From NCBI GenBank assembly GCA_016180065.1, contig JACPBY010000002.1:2214-66213 (forward strand): a stretch of DNA of 64,000 bases, given 5' to 3'. The notes under the pieces are model-generated. The model was given only the letters and a program-made list of their open reading frames with translations. It was not told the DNA's origin and made no database searches. Below, in pieces: positions 17,817-26,453 of the stretch; position 1 is the stretch's first letter; each line of letters begins with the position of its first letter. The translations under genes were made by a program, and so were the position numbers. The DNA comes from Candidatus Woesearchaeota archaeon. Lineage in GTDB: Archaea; Nanobdellota; Nanobdellia; Woesearchaeales; UBA10216.

Positions 17817-18941
17817 TTACACTGTGCTCGTTGTCGTGATGCTCACCATTACTGGAGAGCCGAAAGTCTGGCCTGTTTCAATAATGGTCATGCTGTACGT
17901 TCCTTCTGAAACGAGCCCTGCAAAGACTCCAGTCATCTTTGAAGTCTTGAACACTCCTCCTGAAGATATCATTGAACCACTGACTGTTGCCGAGCCTTTG
18001 TAATCCAGCGTTATGTGACCTGCCGGCAATGCGCTGCCCAGAGGAACGTCTATGTCAATGTCAATCGTGCCCTGGTGCTGGCCTGCTCCCGCCTTTGTCT
18101 TGAGGTTGGATATTACCTTAACCTCTGAAGCAGTGTAGCTGACGCCGTTAATCATGACAGGAATGGACGCTGGCGTTGGCGGGACAGTTTCCAAAGGAAG
18201 CTCATACTGCCTGCCTTTTATTTCAGTGCCTTTAACCTGGCCAACCTTGTCCAGCAATAGCTGTGTAGCTGGCAAAGATATGTCCAATGGCCCTGTCGGA
18301 TAGCCCGGGCCCTGTGAGAGTGTCTTGTCTATTGTTATGCCTGGCGCAGGGTTCAGGATTTCATTCTTAGGAGCTTCAGCAGCTGCTTCAACAGGCAGCG
18401 GCTGAGCCTTATCCTCAGCAGGAGCTGCGGCTGGCTGCGGAACTGCCTGTTCGGCAACTTTTTCCTTTTTCCCGAACAGCGAAGCGAACAGCCTTGACAG
18501 AACGCCTGCAAAGCCGCCCTTGGCTTCTGTCTTTACCCTGACTTCTGAAGCTTGATTGTTGTTATCCTTAACACGGATATCGGTTTTCAACTCATTTTGG
18601 CCATCCATGATTTCAGCCTTCAACCTGTCATTTTTTATTTCAGCCTTAAGCCGGTTTTCGTTATCCTTAACATCAACCTTGAGCTTGTCATCCCCAAGCC
18701 TGACATCAGCCTTTACATTTTCATTAACTTTGTCATCGGCAACAACACTGCTGCCTGAACTGCCCGAATTGCCGCCGGAAACGCTGCTTCCCCCATTGCT
18801 GCCGCCACTATTGCCGCTTGAGCTGTCACTTGAGCTGCTGCTATCAGCCATCACAGGCACTGCCATGACTGCTGCAAGCATCAGCGCTGCCACCATCAAA
18901 ACCGCTGCTGCTTTGAACTGTTCGTTAGTTTTACTTTTCAT
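17817..18941 (-). CDS. Secreted protein with a Ser/Gly-rich tract, short K/D repeats and one copy of an unassigned beta-rich module
   Basis: Signal peptide. The C-terminal ~170 aa (GPGYPTGPL...EIKGRQY...NLKTKAGAGQHQGTIDIDIDV...GVFAGLVSEGTY) are paralogous to modules in the 18969-20486 protein. Confidence 0.7.
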   Translation of the reverse strand: MKSKTNEQFKAAAVLMVAALMLAAVMAVPVMADSSSSSDSSSGNSGGSNGGSSVSGGNSGSSGSSVVADDKVNENVKADVRLGDDKLKVDVKDNENRLKAEIKNDRLKAEIMDGQNELKTDIRVKDNNNQASEVRVKTEAKGGFAGVLSRLFASLFGKKEKVAEQAVPQPAAAPAEDKAQPLPVEAAAEAPKNEILNPAPGITIDKTLSQGPGYPTGPLDISLPATQLLLDKVGQVKGTEIKGRQYELPLETVPPTPASIPVMINGVSYTASEVKVISNLKTKAGAGQHQGTIDIDIDVPLGSALPAGHITLDYKGSATVSGSMISSGGVFKTSKMTGVFAGLVSEGTYSMTIIETGQTFGSPVMVSITTTSTV

Positions 18942-18968
18942 TTTACATCACCCCATTGATGCAAAAAA

Positions 18969-20486
18969 TCACTTTGACTTTCCTGAACCACCGGAACTGC
19001 CCGAATTGCCTCCTGAATTTCCGCTACCGCCAGAGCTGCCTCCAGATGAGCCTCCGCTGCCACCGCTGCTTCCGCTACTGCCACTTCCCCCTGAACTGCC
19101 AGAACCGCCGGAAGTTCCACTACTACCCCCACTGCTTCCAATTGAGCCACTTCCCCCTGAACTGCCACTGCCAGCTGGAGCTGCTGCGGGAGAATTGGCT
19201 GATGTTGCTGAAACAGATGAACCTGCTGACGTTGTTACAATAACGCCTGCTGATGCCGGAGGTGCAACATTGTTTGCTGTTGCTTTAGTGGTTGTAATTG
19301 TGGCTGCTGCCTGCGCAGGCTGCACAGGAGTCGGATTAACTGCTGTTGCCACAACTGGAACTGGCGTTGTTGGGCTGCTGAATGTCTTAATGCTGAACAC
19401 GGCAGGCGAGCCAACAGCGGCTTCAGACTCTGCCACCTCAATTTTGTAGGTTCCTTCCGCAACAAGGCCTGCCCAGATTCCTGTAGCTGTCCTGGTTTTG
19501 AACGTGCCTGTTGACTCAATTGCGCCTTCCTTATCATCAAGAGATGCCAATGCACCCCTGTATTCAAGCGACAGGTGGCTGCCGTCAATTTCAAGGTCAA
19601 CTGTGCCCTGATGTTCGCCAACGCCTGCCTTTACCTTGAGGTTGGAAACGACCTTGATTTCGCTTGCAGAAAAGTCTTCGTCATTTATCTCCACAGCGAA
19701 CTGTCCGATGCCTTTGTACTGCCTTCCTTTGATTTCAAGCTGGCCTGGCTGCTCTTTAACCTGGCCAAGGACGGTCAGCGTAAGCGGAGCGTCTTCGATG
19801 TCCATGCCCAATGGGCCTGTAGGGTAACCCTGGCCGCCGGAAGCGCTTGCCGCTGCGTTTGCTGCTGTTGCTGTTTGCGCCACAGCAGCAGACGGCACAG
19901 AAACTGTTTTTCCGCTGATGTCCTCCATAGTCACAGTAACCTCTGAGCCAACATCAGTGCCCGACTCTGAAATGCTCATGGCATGCCTGCCTGTTGCTCC
20001 TGCTAATGAAGCAAATCTTCCATCTGCAAAGGTAACCTGCAAGTCACCGCTGGACTCTATTAAAGAGCCAATCTCTGTTGCGATTCCCTGATACTTCATT
20101 ACGAGCTGTTCGCCCGTCAACAGAGCAAGGGTGATTGTTCCGCGGTGCTCCCAGGGAGAGTTAAGCTTCAACCTCAGGTTTGAGTTCACAACCACCTTCG
20201 TAGCTATCACGTGGTCACCGTTTATCTCAACAGGGAAAATGCCTATTGCCGAATACCTCCTGCCTTTTATTTCAAGCTTGCCAGGGCTTGCAACAACCTG
20301 CCCGACGCGCTCCATTGAAAGAGCAGCTTCTTCCATGTTAAAGTCAATCTTAAGCTTTGCAGCAGTAACTGGCTGAACAACCTGCGCAGCAACCGCTGAA
20401 GAAGCCATGCTAAACGCGCTCAACATCAGCATGCCAAAAACCCAAAGAGCAATGATTTTTCCAGTTGTAAGTTCCATGCTCAACAC
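18969..20486 (-). CDS. Secreted protein with two copies of the same beta-rich module and a C-terminal Ser/Gly tail
   Basis: Signal peptide. Two modules with LEIKGRxY...NSNL(K/R)xK...EH(Q/R)GT...AGLxxEGTY. It ends in ~70 aa of (S/G)n. Confidence 0.7.
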   Translation of the reverse strand: MLSMELTTGKIIALWVFGMLMLSAFSMASSAVAAQVVQPVTAAKLKIDFNMEEAALSMERVGQVVASPGKLEIKGRRYSAIGIFPVEINGDHVIATKVVVNSNLRLKLNSPWEHRGTITLALLTGEQLVMKYQGIATEIGSLIESSGDLQVTFADGRFASLAGATGRHAMSISESGTDVGSEVTVTMEDISGKTVSVPSAAVAQTATAANAAASASGGQGYPTGPLGMDIEDAPLTLTVLGQVKEQPGQLEIKGRQYKGIGQFAVEINDEDFSASEIKVVSNLKVKAGVGEHQGTVDLEIDGSHLSLEYRGALASLDDKEGAIESTGTFKTRTATGIWAGLVAEGTYKIEVAESEAAVGSPAVFSIKTFSSPTTPVPVVATAVNPTPVQPAQAAATITTTKATANNVAPPASAGVIVTTSAGSSVSATSANSPAAAPAGSGSSGGSGSIGSSGGSSGTSGGSGSSGGSGSSGSSGGSGGSSGGSSGGSGNSGGNSGSSGGSGKSK

Positions 20487-20498
20487 CTCCTGCTTTCA

Positions 20499-21965
20499 TT
20501 AATCATCAGAACTGCCGCCCCCTCTCCCGCTGCCGCTGCTGCCACCGCTGCTTCCTCCCCTGCTGTCGGGAGTGCTGTCAAAGTCAGAGGCATCATCCAT
20601 CCCCTTCGGGGCTTCGCCCTCGGCTTCCCTACCCCGGGCTTCAGCCTCCCGGCCACGAATTTCATTCTCATCTGCATTGCCTCTTACATCCTCCACGCCA
20701 TCACCGATGCCGTCGTCCTCAGGCTTGTCAGCACCTCGCCTTCTGTCAAACAGCTCATCTTCGCCGTTGACATCATCTTCAGGCTTGTCAGCGCCCCTTC
20801 TCCGGTCAGTTGCTGTGCCGAACTCACCTCTATCATCGTCTCTGCCGCTGCCAGAACTGCCCTTTCCGCTGTTGTCATCGCCAAGTTTGTTTTCTCCTCT
20901 CCTGTCAAACCTTGACGAAAGCTCCAGCTTGTCTTCGCTCAGCGATTCAAGCCTGTTTGCTATTGCGCTTGCAATTGCCTCGCGGCTTGTTCCAGACACT
21001 GGAAAGTCAGCCCTGAACCTGACGTCTGCAACGCCATCCCTGACCTTAATAACAGTCATTACGCCATCCTTTTTCTCTTCGCGCTCACGCTCAACCTCAA
21101 GGGCATCCTCAACCTCAACACGGTTCTTATCAAGCCTTGACAAAAGCTCGCCAAGAATCTTCCTGCTGTCAGTTTCAGTTGTGGAAAACTCAAGCTCAAC
21201 CCTTGCCTGGGAATCATCACCGGCAACAAATGCCCTAATCCTGTTGCGGTCCTCAAGGCTTTTGCCTCTCTCAAGCTCAACCTCAACTTCCCTGCTGCCT
21301 CTCCTTGAGCGGACAGCATTGTCTTCAAGCTTCTGAACCATCTGACTGATTTCAAGGTCAGACATTCCCCTCTCAGACCTTACCCTCCTGAGGGAGTCTT
21401 CCTTTTCCATCTCAGCTTCAAGCTCAACCTCAGCAGACCTGCCTTTAAGCAGGGATATGACCATGCCATTACTGCCAATGTCTTTCTTCTCGGCTTCCAG
21501 CTTTATCCTTACGGACTCAACTTCGTGCTCATGCTCCATGAGTTCCATGCCAATGCTTACTTCGCACTCAAGCTCAGCCTGAGAGCTGCTGCTGCCGCAG
21601 CCTCTCCTTATAGAATCGTCAACTGCCGCCAATGCGCTGGAATGGCCACGCTGGGCGCGCCGGGCAGCTCCCAAATTATCTTTTTCCACCATCTCCTTAG
21701 CTTCCATAAGCCTCTCCCGCGCAATCTCCATAGCCTTCTCAGCCCTCTTCTCAGGCCCGGAAACCAAAGAAAGGCTCAAGCCATCAAAAAACCTGTCAAA
21801 AAAATGAAGAGGAGAATCAGGAGTAATGCCAGCTTTAACCTCTCCGTTCGGCATAATTATAGCATCGTCTGATACAGGACGGGCAAGCACTGCTGCCGGC
21901 GCCAGAACAAGCGCAAAAGCCAGCATCATTACGGTTAATGCTGCAATACTAGTTAACATCTTCAT
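20499..21965 (-). CDS. Secreted DUF5667-like coiled-coil protein, paralog of 4951-6657
   Basis: VKAGITPDSPLHFFDRFFDGLSLSLVSGPEKRAEKAMEIARERLME, and two DRRRGADKPEDD repeats in the tail. GGAGGG precedes the ATG of MKMLTSIAAL, so I prefer this start over 22031. Confidence 0.75.
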   Translation of the reverse strand: MKMLTSIAALTVMMLAFALVLAPAAVLARPVSDDAIIMPNGEVKAGITPDSPLHFFDRFFDGLSLSLVSGPEKRAEKAMEIARERLMEAKEMVEKDNLGAARRAQRGHSSALAAVDDSIRRGCGSSSSQAELECEVSIGMELMEHEHEVESVRIKLEAEKKDIGSNGMVISLLKGRSAEVELEAEMEKEDSLRRVRSERGMSDLEISQMVQKLEDNAVRSRRGSREVEVELERGKSLEDRNRIRAFVAGDDSQARVELEFSTTETDSRKILGELLSRLDKNRVEVEDALEVEREREEKKDGVMTVIKVRDGVADVRFRADFPVSGTSREAIASAIANRLESLSEDKLELSSRFDRRGENKLGDDNSGKGSSGSGRDDDRGEFGTATDRRRGADKPEDDVNGEDELFDRRRGADKPEDDGIGDGVEDVRGNADENEIRGREAEARGREAEGEAPKGMDDASDFDSTPDSRGGSSGGSSGSGRGGGSSDD

Positions 21966-22212
21966 TTTCCATCCCTCCACATCCGCACTCTGTAAATTCT
22001 GAGATTGACTCAAGACCATCATGAAGCTCATTGTGAATCATCATCTTCATCAGCAGCCCCTTCATAACCGCAGCCGTTTCTATCCAGACAGTGCTGCCAT
22101 GCACCGCTTCAGGGCTTTCCGGGCCAGGATGCTGATGCTCAGGATAAATTGCCTGAAGCATCAAAAAAAGCCCAGGCTGCGACATCCAAAATGTTGAAAA
22201 ACTTTTTTCCAT
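21949..22212 (-). CDS. Small protein (87 aa) overlapping the start of the DUF5667-like gene
   Basis: ATG preceded by GGGGGT. MEKSFSTFWMSQPGLFLMLQ... shares FWxSxPGLFL with the ORF at 6654-6809. Its 3' end overlaps the downstream start by 17 nt. Confidence 0.45.
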   Translation of the reverse strand: MEKSFSTFWMSQPGLFLMLQAIYPEHQHPGPESPEAVHGSTVWIETAAVMKGLLMKMMIHNELHDGLESISEFTECGCGGMENEDVN

Positions 22213-22246
22213 GCTTACCCCCTTGCTTTTGCTTACCGATAACCTG

Positions 22247-22450
22247 CTAAGCCCACTCGTCGCTCTCTGTCCCTTCCAGCTCCTCATCCCAAGCCTCATC
22301 AGCGCTATACCCATACATGAACCCCGCCTCTTCAGGCGAGAGCTCATCATTCTCAAGGTCCTCTATCTCCACAACCAGCACGTCAAGACTGTCGTCGTCA
22401 ATGCCGCTGTGCCACACCTTGCCCTTGCCTGCCTTTTTCCCTATCTCCAT
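22247..22450 (-). CDS. Small highly acidic protein (67 aa)
   Basis: ATG preceded by GAGGTGA. About 40% Asp/Glu. No family recognised. Confidence 0.5.
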   Translation of the reverse strand: MEIGKKAGKGKVWHSGIDDDSLDVLVVEIEDLENDELSPEEAGFMYGYSADEAWDEELEGTESDEWA

Positions 22451-22539
22451 GACAAATCACCTCTCCCTTGTTTTTTCAACACTGCTTGCGTGCCTTTACG
22501 TGCATTGCATTCCCGTACATATCACCCCCTCAATGCGCC

Positions 22540-25500
22540 CTACCCCGTATGGCGGACAGCTGTCCTCCTCATCCTCATGACTTTGAAGGCAACAATTCCA
22601 ATCAACGCGATGAAGGCTGCAAAGATAAGGGCATTCAATGCTGATGTTCGCAATTTGCCACTCTCACCGGCAACCACGTTTCCTGTTATAGGCGCAAGCC
22701 CCCCGCCTTCAGGAGCAGGCGCTGCAGGAACAACCGGCGCAGCTTCAGGCTGGACCGGAGCAACAGGCTTCTGCGGTGCAGGAGCTGTAACCGAGGCTGC
22801 CTTCACAAAAGGAGCCAACTCGCCTGAAATGGCAAATATGGAAAATCCAGGGGTTGTTGCCTCATAGCTTGCAAACGCTCCCTCCTCACTGACCAGCCTT
22901 GTAGGCAAAGAAGCCCACTGGCTGCCCTGAAGCCTATTCAGCCTGACAGTTTGCGGGCTGACCCTGTTGTCTGAAAGCCATACCTTGCTGACGCTGAACC
23001 GCACTGCAGCGGATGACACTTTAGCGTCTGGGCTTACGATAGACAGGTATTTGTAAGTCCTGCCAACGGCTTCTGAAATCGGAGGAGCTATCTTTGAAAG
23101 GACAGCCTCCTTCACGATTATTGCAGGGTTGGTCACGGCCGAGGTAAAGCTCGCAACTATCTCATCAACCGAAAGCTGGTCACGCTTCCTGAAACTAAAT
23201 GTTCCGGAATCGCCTGCTGCAAGCCTGGCCTGGAACAGCGAGTTCTCAGACGGCAACGCAGAGCTGCCTCCGCCACTTCCGCCTCCACCGCCGCCCCCTC
23301 CGCCTCCGCCACCTCCGCTTCCACCGCCTCCACTGCTAGCTGCCGGAGCAGGTGCTGGAGCTGGTGGTGCGTTAACTGTTATGGCTGATGTTCCAGTAAC
23401 TGTTACTGCCCCGCTTATCGCTTTTGCAGTAATCGTTGCAGTTCCCGGGGCAACAGCTGTTACAAGCCCTGTTTCGTTATGAACAGATGCTACAGCCGCG
23501 TTGTCACTTGACCAGTTCAAGCTAGCACCGACAAAAGGCGCTCCTGTCTGGTCAAGAACTGAAGCTGTAAGCTGCTGGGTTCCGCTAACCTCAAGAGTGG
23601 CTGTTGCCGGCGTTACTCCAACGCTCGTGAGCTGGGCCACCTTGACCTGTGAAACATTTGTAACACTTATCAGACCGCTCGTGGCTGTTACAGTCATGTT
23701 TGCAAAACCCAAACCAACGCCCGTAACCAAGCCAGTTGCATCAACTGTTGCAGCTGCCGTGTTGTTTGATTCCCACGCCAAGGTTGCGCCTGCAAAGGCA
23801 TTTCCAAGCTGGTCCAATGGCGAGGCTGCAAGCTGCAGGGTTCCACCCGGAAGCAGGGATGCTGATGCCGGAGCCAATCCAACTCTGGTCAGCACTGGAA
23901 CTGGTGTTACAGTAATTACTGAAGTGTTTGTGACAGTTGTCGCATCAAGCGTTGCTGATGCTGTGATTGTTGCTGTTCCCACCGGCCCGGCTCCAACTGA
24001 TACTGCGGTTACAACACCTGCATTGCTCACTGTTGCAATGCTCAGGTCGCTTGAAGACCATATGATTTGAGGCTGGGGAACAAGGGCAACGCTCTCTGCG
24101 TCAAACGCTGTTGCTGTCAATGCCTGCTGGTTTCCAACCACAACACTCGCTGAGGTTGGATTTACTATGACCGAGCTTAAGAGCGGCGCAACAGTCAGCA
24201 CAAGGTTGCCTGTGACAGGGTTGCTGCCATCGCTTGCCGTTACCGGCAGGCTGAAGGTTCCAACCCGGGTTACTGACGGGATGACTACGCTCCATGTTCC
24301 GGCGGTTGCCGTTCCCGCAGTCCTTACCATGTTCTGGACATTTGCTGTTGGCAGGATGTCCCCCTCGATTTCGCCACCAGGGAACAGTGTTGTGTGGATT
24401 GCCACATGAGTGTTTCCAGCCAATATGTCTGCTTCAAGAGCTTCAGCATAGTTCCATGTTCCTATCTTTGAGTTGCCAAGAGGCAGGGTGAATGCTGGCG
24501 TGCCAAGCGGCCCGTGGATGTGCGCTGCTGTTTCAGCACTGCTTAACCCAGCAACATTTATGTTGAAGCTCAAAGTGTTGGCTGATGTATCAATAGTGAA
24601 TGTTCCTGAACCAGTTGCAGTGCTTGCTGTCCCTGCACGTGCACCGTTTATTGTTGCTGCAAGGCTGTTGCCAACAGGGCCCAGGTCAATAGTTACTGTG
24701 CCTATGAACAAATCGTCAGTGATGCCAGCATTGGCAACTACCTCAGTAGCTCCAACTGTTGCTATTTTTGGCACAGGTATAAGCACGGGAGGTATGGTGT
24801 CAATGACTGCGATTTTTCCTATAATTGTGAACAGGCTTGTTTCAGCAGTTGAAGCCGCGGTTGGGCCCTGAACCCTGAAACTGTTTCCGTTTGTGCCTCC
24901 AGTAACAGTCTGGAGAACTGCTGGATTGCCCAGGTATCCTGCTGGAGGTGCCGGGCTCACTGCTCTGAGGAATGGCCCTGACTCGCCTGACAGCGCAAGC
25001 CCGAAGTTGTTAGGATTGCCTGCTGGGATGTTAGGGTCGCAGCTGGGTGCTGGGACTGCTGCAAAGCATCCTATGTCTGACGTGTCCCTTATCTCAGGGC
25101 CTGGCACGATGGCATCAACAACATATGTTCTTGTGCCAAAAGGAAAAGTAACTGTATAGGTTCCGGTTTCAGGAACATCAATTATGAATCTTACCCTGGC
25201 AAAGACAGACTGCTCACCGACAACTGCTTCTTCTCCGGCGAATGCCCCCTCTTGGGCAAGGACCATTAACGCATCGCCCCCGCCTGAGAATGCAACACTT
25301 GCCTCGCCTACCCAGAAGAAGAATTCCCCAGGGAAGTTATTTGGAAAAGATATCGGGATTGACGGGTCAAACTGAGGGTCTGCCAGCACATCACAGTTCG
25401 GGTCTGGGAGGCCGCTGCCATCAGCATTGACACCGAGGCATGGCTGGAGCGCAACGCCTGTGGTGTCCTGATAATAAACAGGGAAGCCTGTAAAGCCGCC

Positions 25501-25632
25501 GCCTGTGCTTATCGGCCCGACTGCCTGCAGCGCAGCGCTTGCTGGCGCGGCTGCCATCACCATAAGCAGAACAGCCATTGCTGAAATAAACAAAAGACTG
25601 AATTTTCCCCTGACTTTTCCTTGAGTGCTCAT
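22540..25632 (-). CDS. Giant surface protein (CHRD domain, multiple Big_2 repeats, poly-Gly linker, PGF-pre-PGF-like domain, C-terminal TM anchor)
   Basis: Signal peptide after MSTQGKV (GAGGTGGGG precedes this ATG). The CHRD signature is AAHIHGPLG...HVAIHTTLFPGGEIEGDI. There are at least four Big_2-like repeats (ATITA.A...VTGTSAITV). The pre-PGF-like segment is YKYLSI...TTPGFSIFAISG. The C-terminus is PITG, then 14 aa, a TM segment and RMRR. Confidence 0.85.
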   Translation of the reverse strand: MSTQGKVRGKFSLLFISAMAVLLMVMAAAPASAALQAVGPISTGGGFTGFPVYYQDTTGVALQPCLGVNADGSGLPDPNCDVLADPQFDPSIPISFPNNFPGEFFFWVGEASVAFSGGGDALMVLAQEGAFAGEEAVVGEQSVFARVRFIIDVPETGTYTVTFPFGTRTYVVDAIVPGPEIRDTSDIGCFAAVPAPSCDPNIPAGNPNNFGLALSGESGPFLRAVSPAPPAGYLGNPAVLQTVTGGTNGNSFRVQGPTAASTAETSLFTIIGKIAVIDTIPPVLIPVPKIATVGATEVVANAGITDDLFIGTVTIDLGPVGNSLAATINGARAGTASTATGSGTFTIDTSANTLSFNINVAGLSSAETAAHIHGPLGTPAFTLPLGNSKIGTWNYAEALEADILAGNTHVAIHTTLFPGGEIEGDILPTANVQNMVRTAGTATAGTWSVVIPSVTRVGTFSLPVTASDGSNPVTGNLVLTVAPLLSSVIVNPTSASVVVGNQQALTATAFDAESVALVPQPQIIWSSSDLSIATVSNAGVVTAVSVGAGPVGTATITASATLDATTVTNTSVITVTPVPVLTRVGLAPASASLLPGGTLQLAASPLDQLGNAFAGATLAWESNNTAAATVDATGLVTGVGLGFANMTVTATSGLISVTNVSQVKVAQLTSVGVTPATATLEVSGTQQLTASVLDQTGAPFVGASLNWSSDNAAVASVHNETGLVTAVAPGTATITAKAISGAVTVTGTSAITVNAPPAPAPAPAASSGGGGSGGGGGGGGGGGGGSGGGSSALPSENSLFQARLAAGDSGTFSFRKRDQLSVDEIVASFTSAVTNPAIIVKEAVLSKIAPPISEAVGRTYKYLSIVSPDAKVSSAAVRFSVSKVWLSDNRVSPQTVRLNRLQGSQWASLPTRLVSEEGAFASYEATTPGFSIFAISGELAPFVKAASVTAPAPQKPVAPVQPEAAPVVPAAPAPEGGGLAPITGNVVAGESGKLRTSALNALIFAAFIALIGIVAFKVMRMRRTAVRHTG

Positions 25633-25824
25633 TTTTCCCCACCTCAACACGCTTTAGTTGCAAGTTTTAATCAAAATGACATTTGTTGAAAACAGCTTAT
25701 GTCATTTAGATACTTAATTGATTTACGATAATTTAAAGATTTATTGACTGTATGATATAGTTTAGATGTTGTTAATAATTTTTTGATGATAAAACAGATT
25801 ATTTTAATCAAAATGATAAAATGT

Positions 25825-26334
25825 TTAAGAAAAAACTATTGAATTTCCCTTCCCATGCATTTTAAAACTGGCATTTGCATCAGGTTTCTTAAGAAGGGGT
25901 GCATCGTTCAGCACGAGCCAGTACAAGCCAAGCTGCTGCACGGCATGGCTGAACTGCTTAAAGTCAATGGGCTTGCGGATGAAGCTGTTCGCGCCCAGCT
26001 TGAAGCCGGTAAGCATGTCCTCCTCTTCCTTTGAAGAAGTGAGAATCATTACGGGGAGGAACCTTGTTTCAGAATTAGACCTGATGGCTTTTAGGACTTC
26101 AAGGCCGTTAACCTTTGGAAGCTTCAAGTCAAGAAGCACAACACCGGGAAGTTGGTTGCCATTTGCGCTACCGCCGCTATGCCTGCAATTTCTGAGAATA
26201 AACTCCAGCGCCTCAGCGCCATCCCTGATTATTATCAATTCGTTTGCGATGTTGCATTTTTTAAAAGCGCGCTGTGTAAGCTCTGTGTCATCAGAATTGT
26301 CTTCTACCAGCAATATAGGCCTTGTTTCAACCAA
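25825..26334 (-). CDS. Single-domain CheY-like response regulator (copy 1)
   Basis: ILLVEDNSDD...[13 protein letters not shown]...ILTSS...KP receiver motifs. The likely start is the TTG of (L)[12 protein letters not shown], preceded by GGGGTG. Paralog of 31661-32083. Confidence 0.8.
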   Translation of the reverse strand: MVETRPILLVEDNSDDTELTQRAFKKCNIANELIIIRDGAEALEFILRNCRHSGGSANGNQLPGVVLLDLKLPKVNGLEVLKAIRSNSETRFLPVMILTSSKEEEDMLTGFKLGANSFIRKPIDFKQFSHAVQQLGLYWLVLNDAPLLKKPDANASFKMHGKGNSIVFS

Positions 26335-26453
26335 AAATCCACACCCCGACAGATTGCTCAAACTATGAGCATTTAACAGGCAATAATCAAAAGGATATAT
26401 ACTTTCCCTTTCAACTGTATATATGCATATACACATATGCTTTTTTGTGAAAA

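Noticed and set aside
18760-19170. Short tandem-repeat DNA that might be mistaken for a CRISPR or satellite array
   Set aside because: The repeats are irregular GGN/AGC codon runs lying in frame inside two coding sequences. There are no constant repeats alternating with unique spacers.
18556-19449. 297-aa plus-strand ORF rich in Pro/Leu/Glu repeats
   Set aside because: It is antisense to the Ser/Gly-coding low-complexity region of two well-supported secreted-protein genes, so it is a frame artefact of GGN/AGC repeats.
23129-23482. 117-aa plus-strand ORF with a poly-Pro run
   Set aside because: It is the complement of the poly-Gly tract in the 22540-25632 gene.
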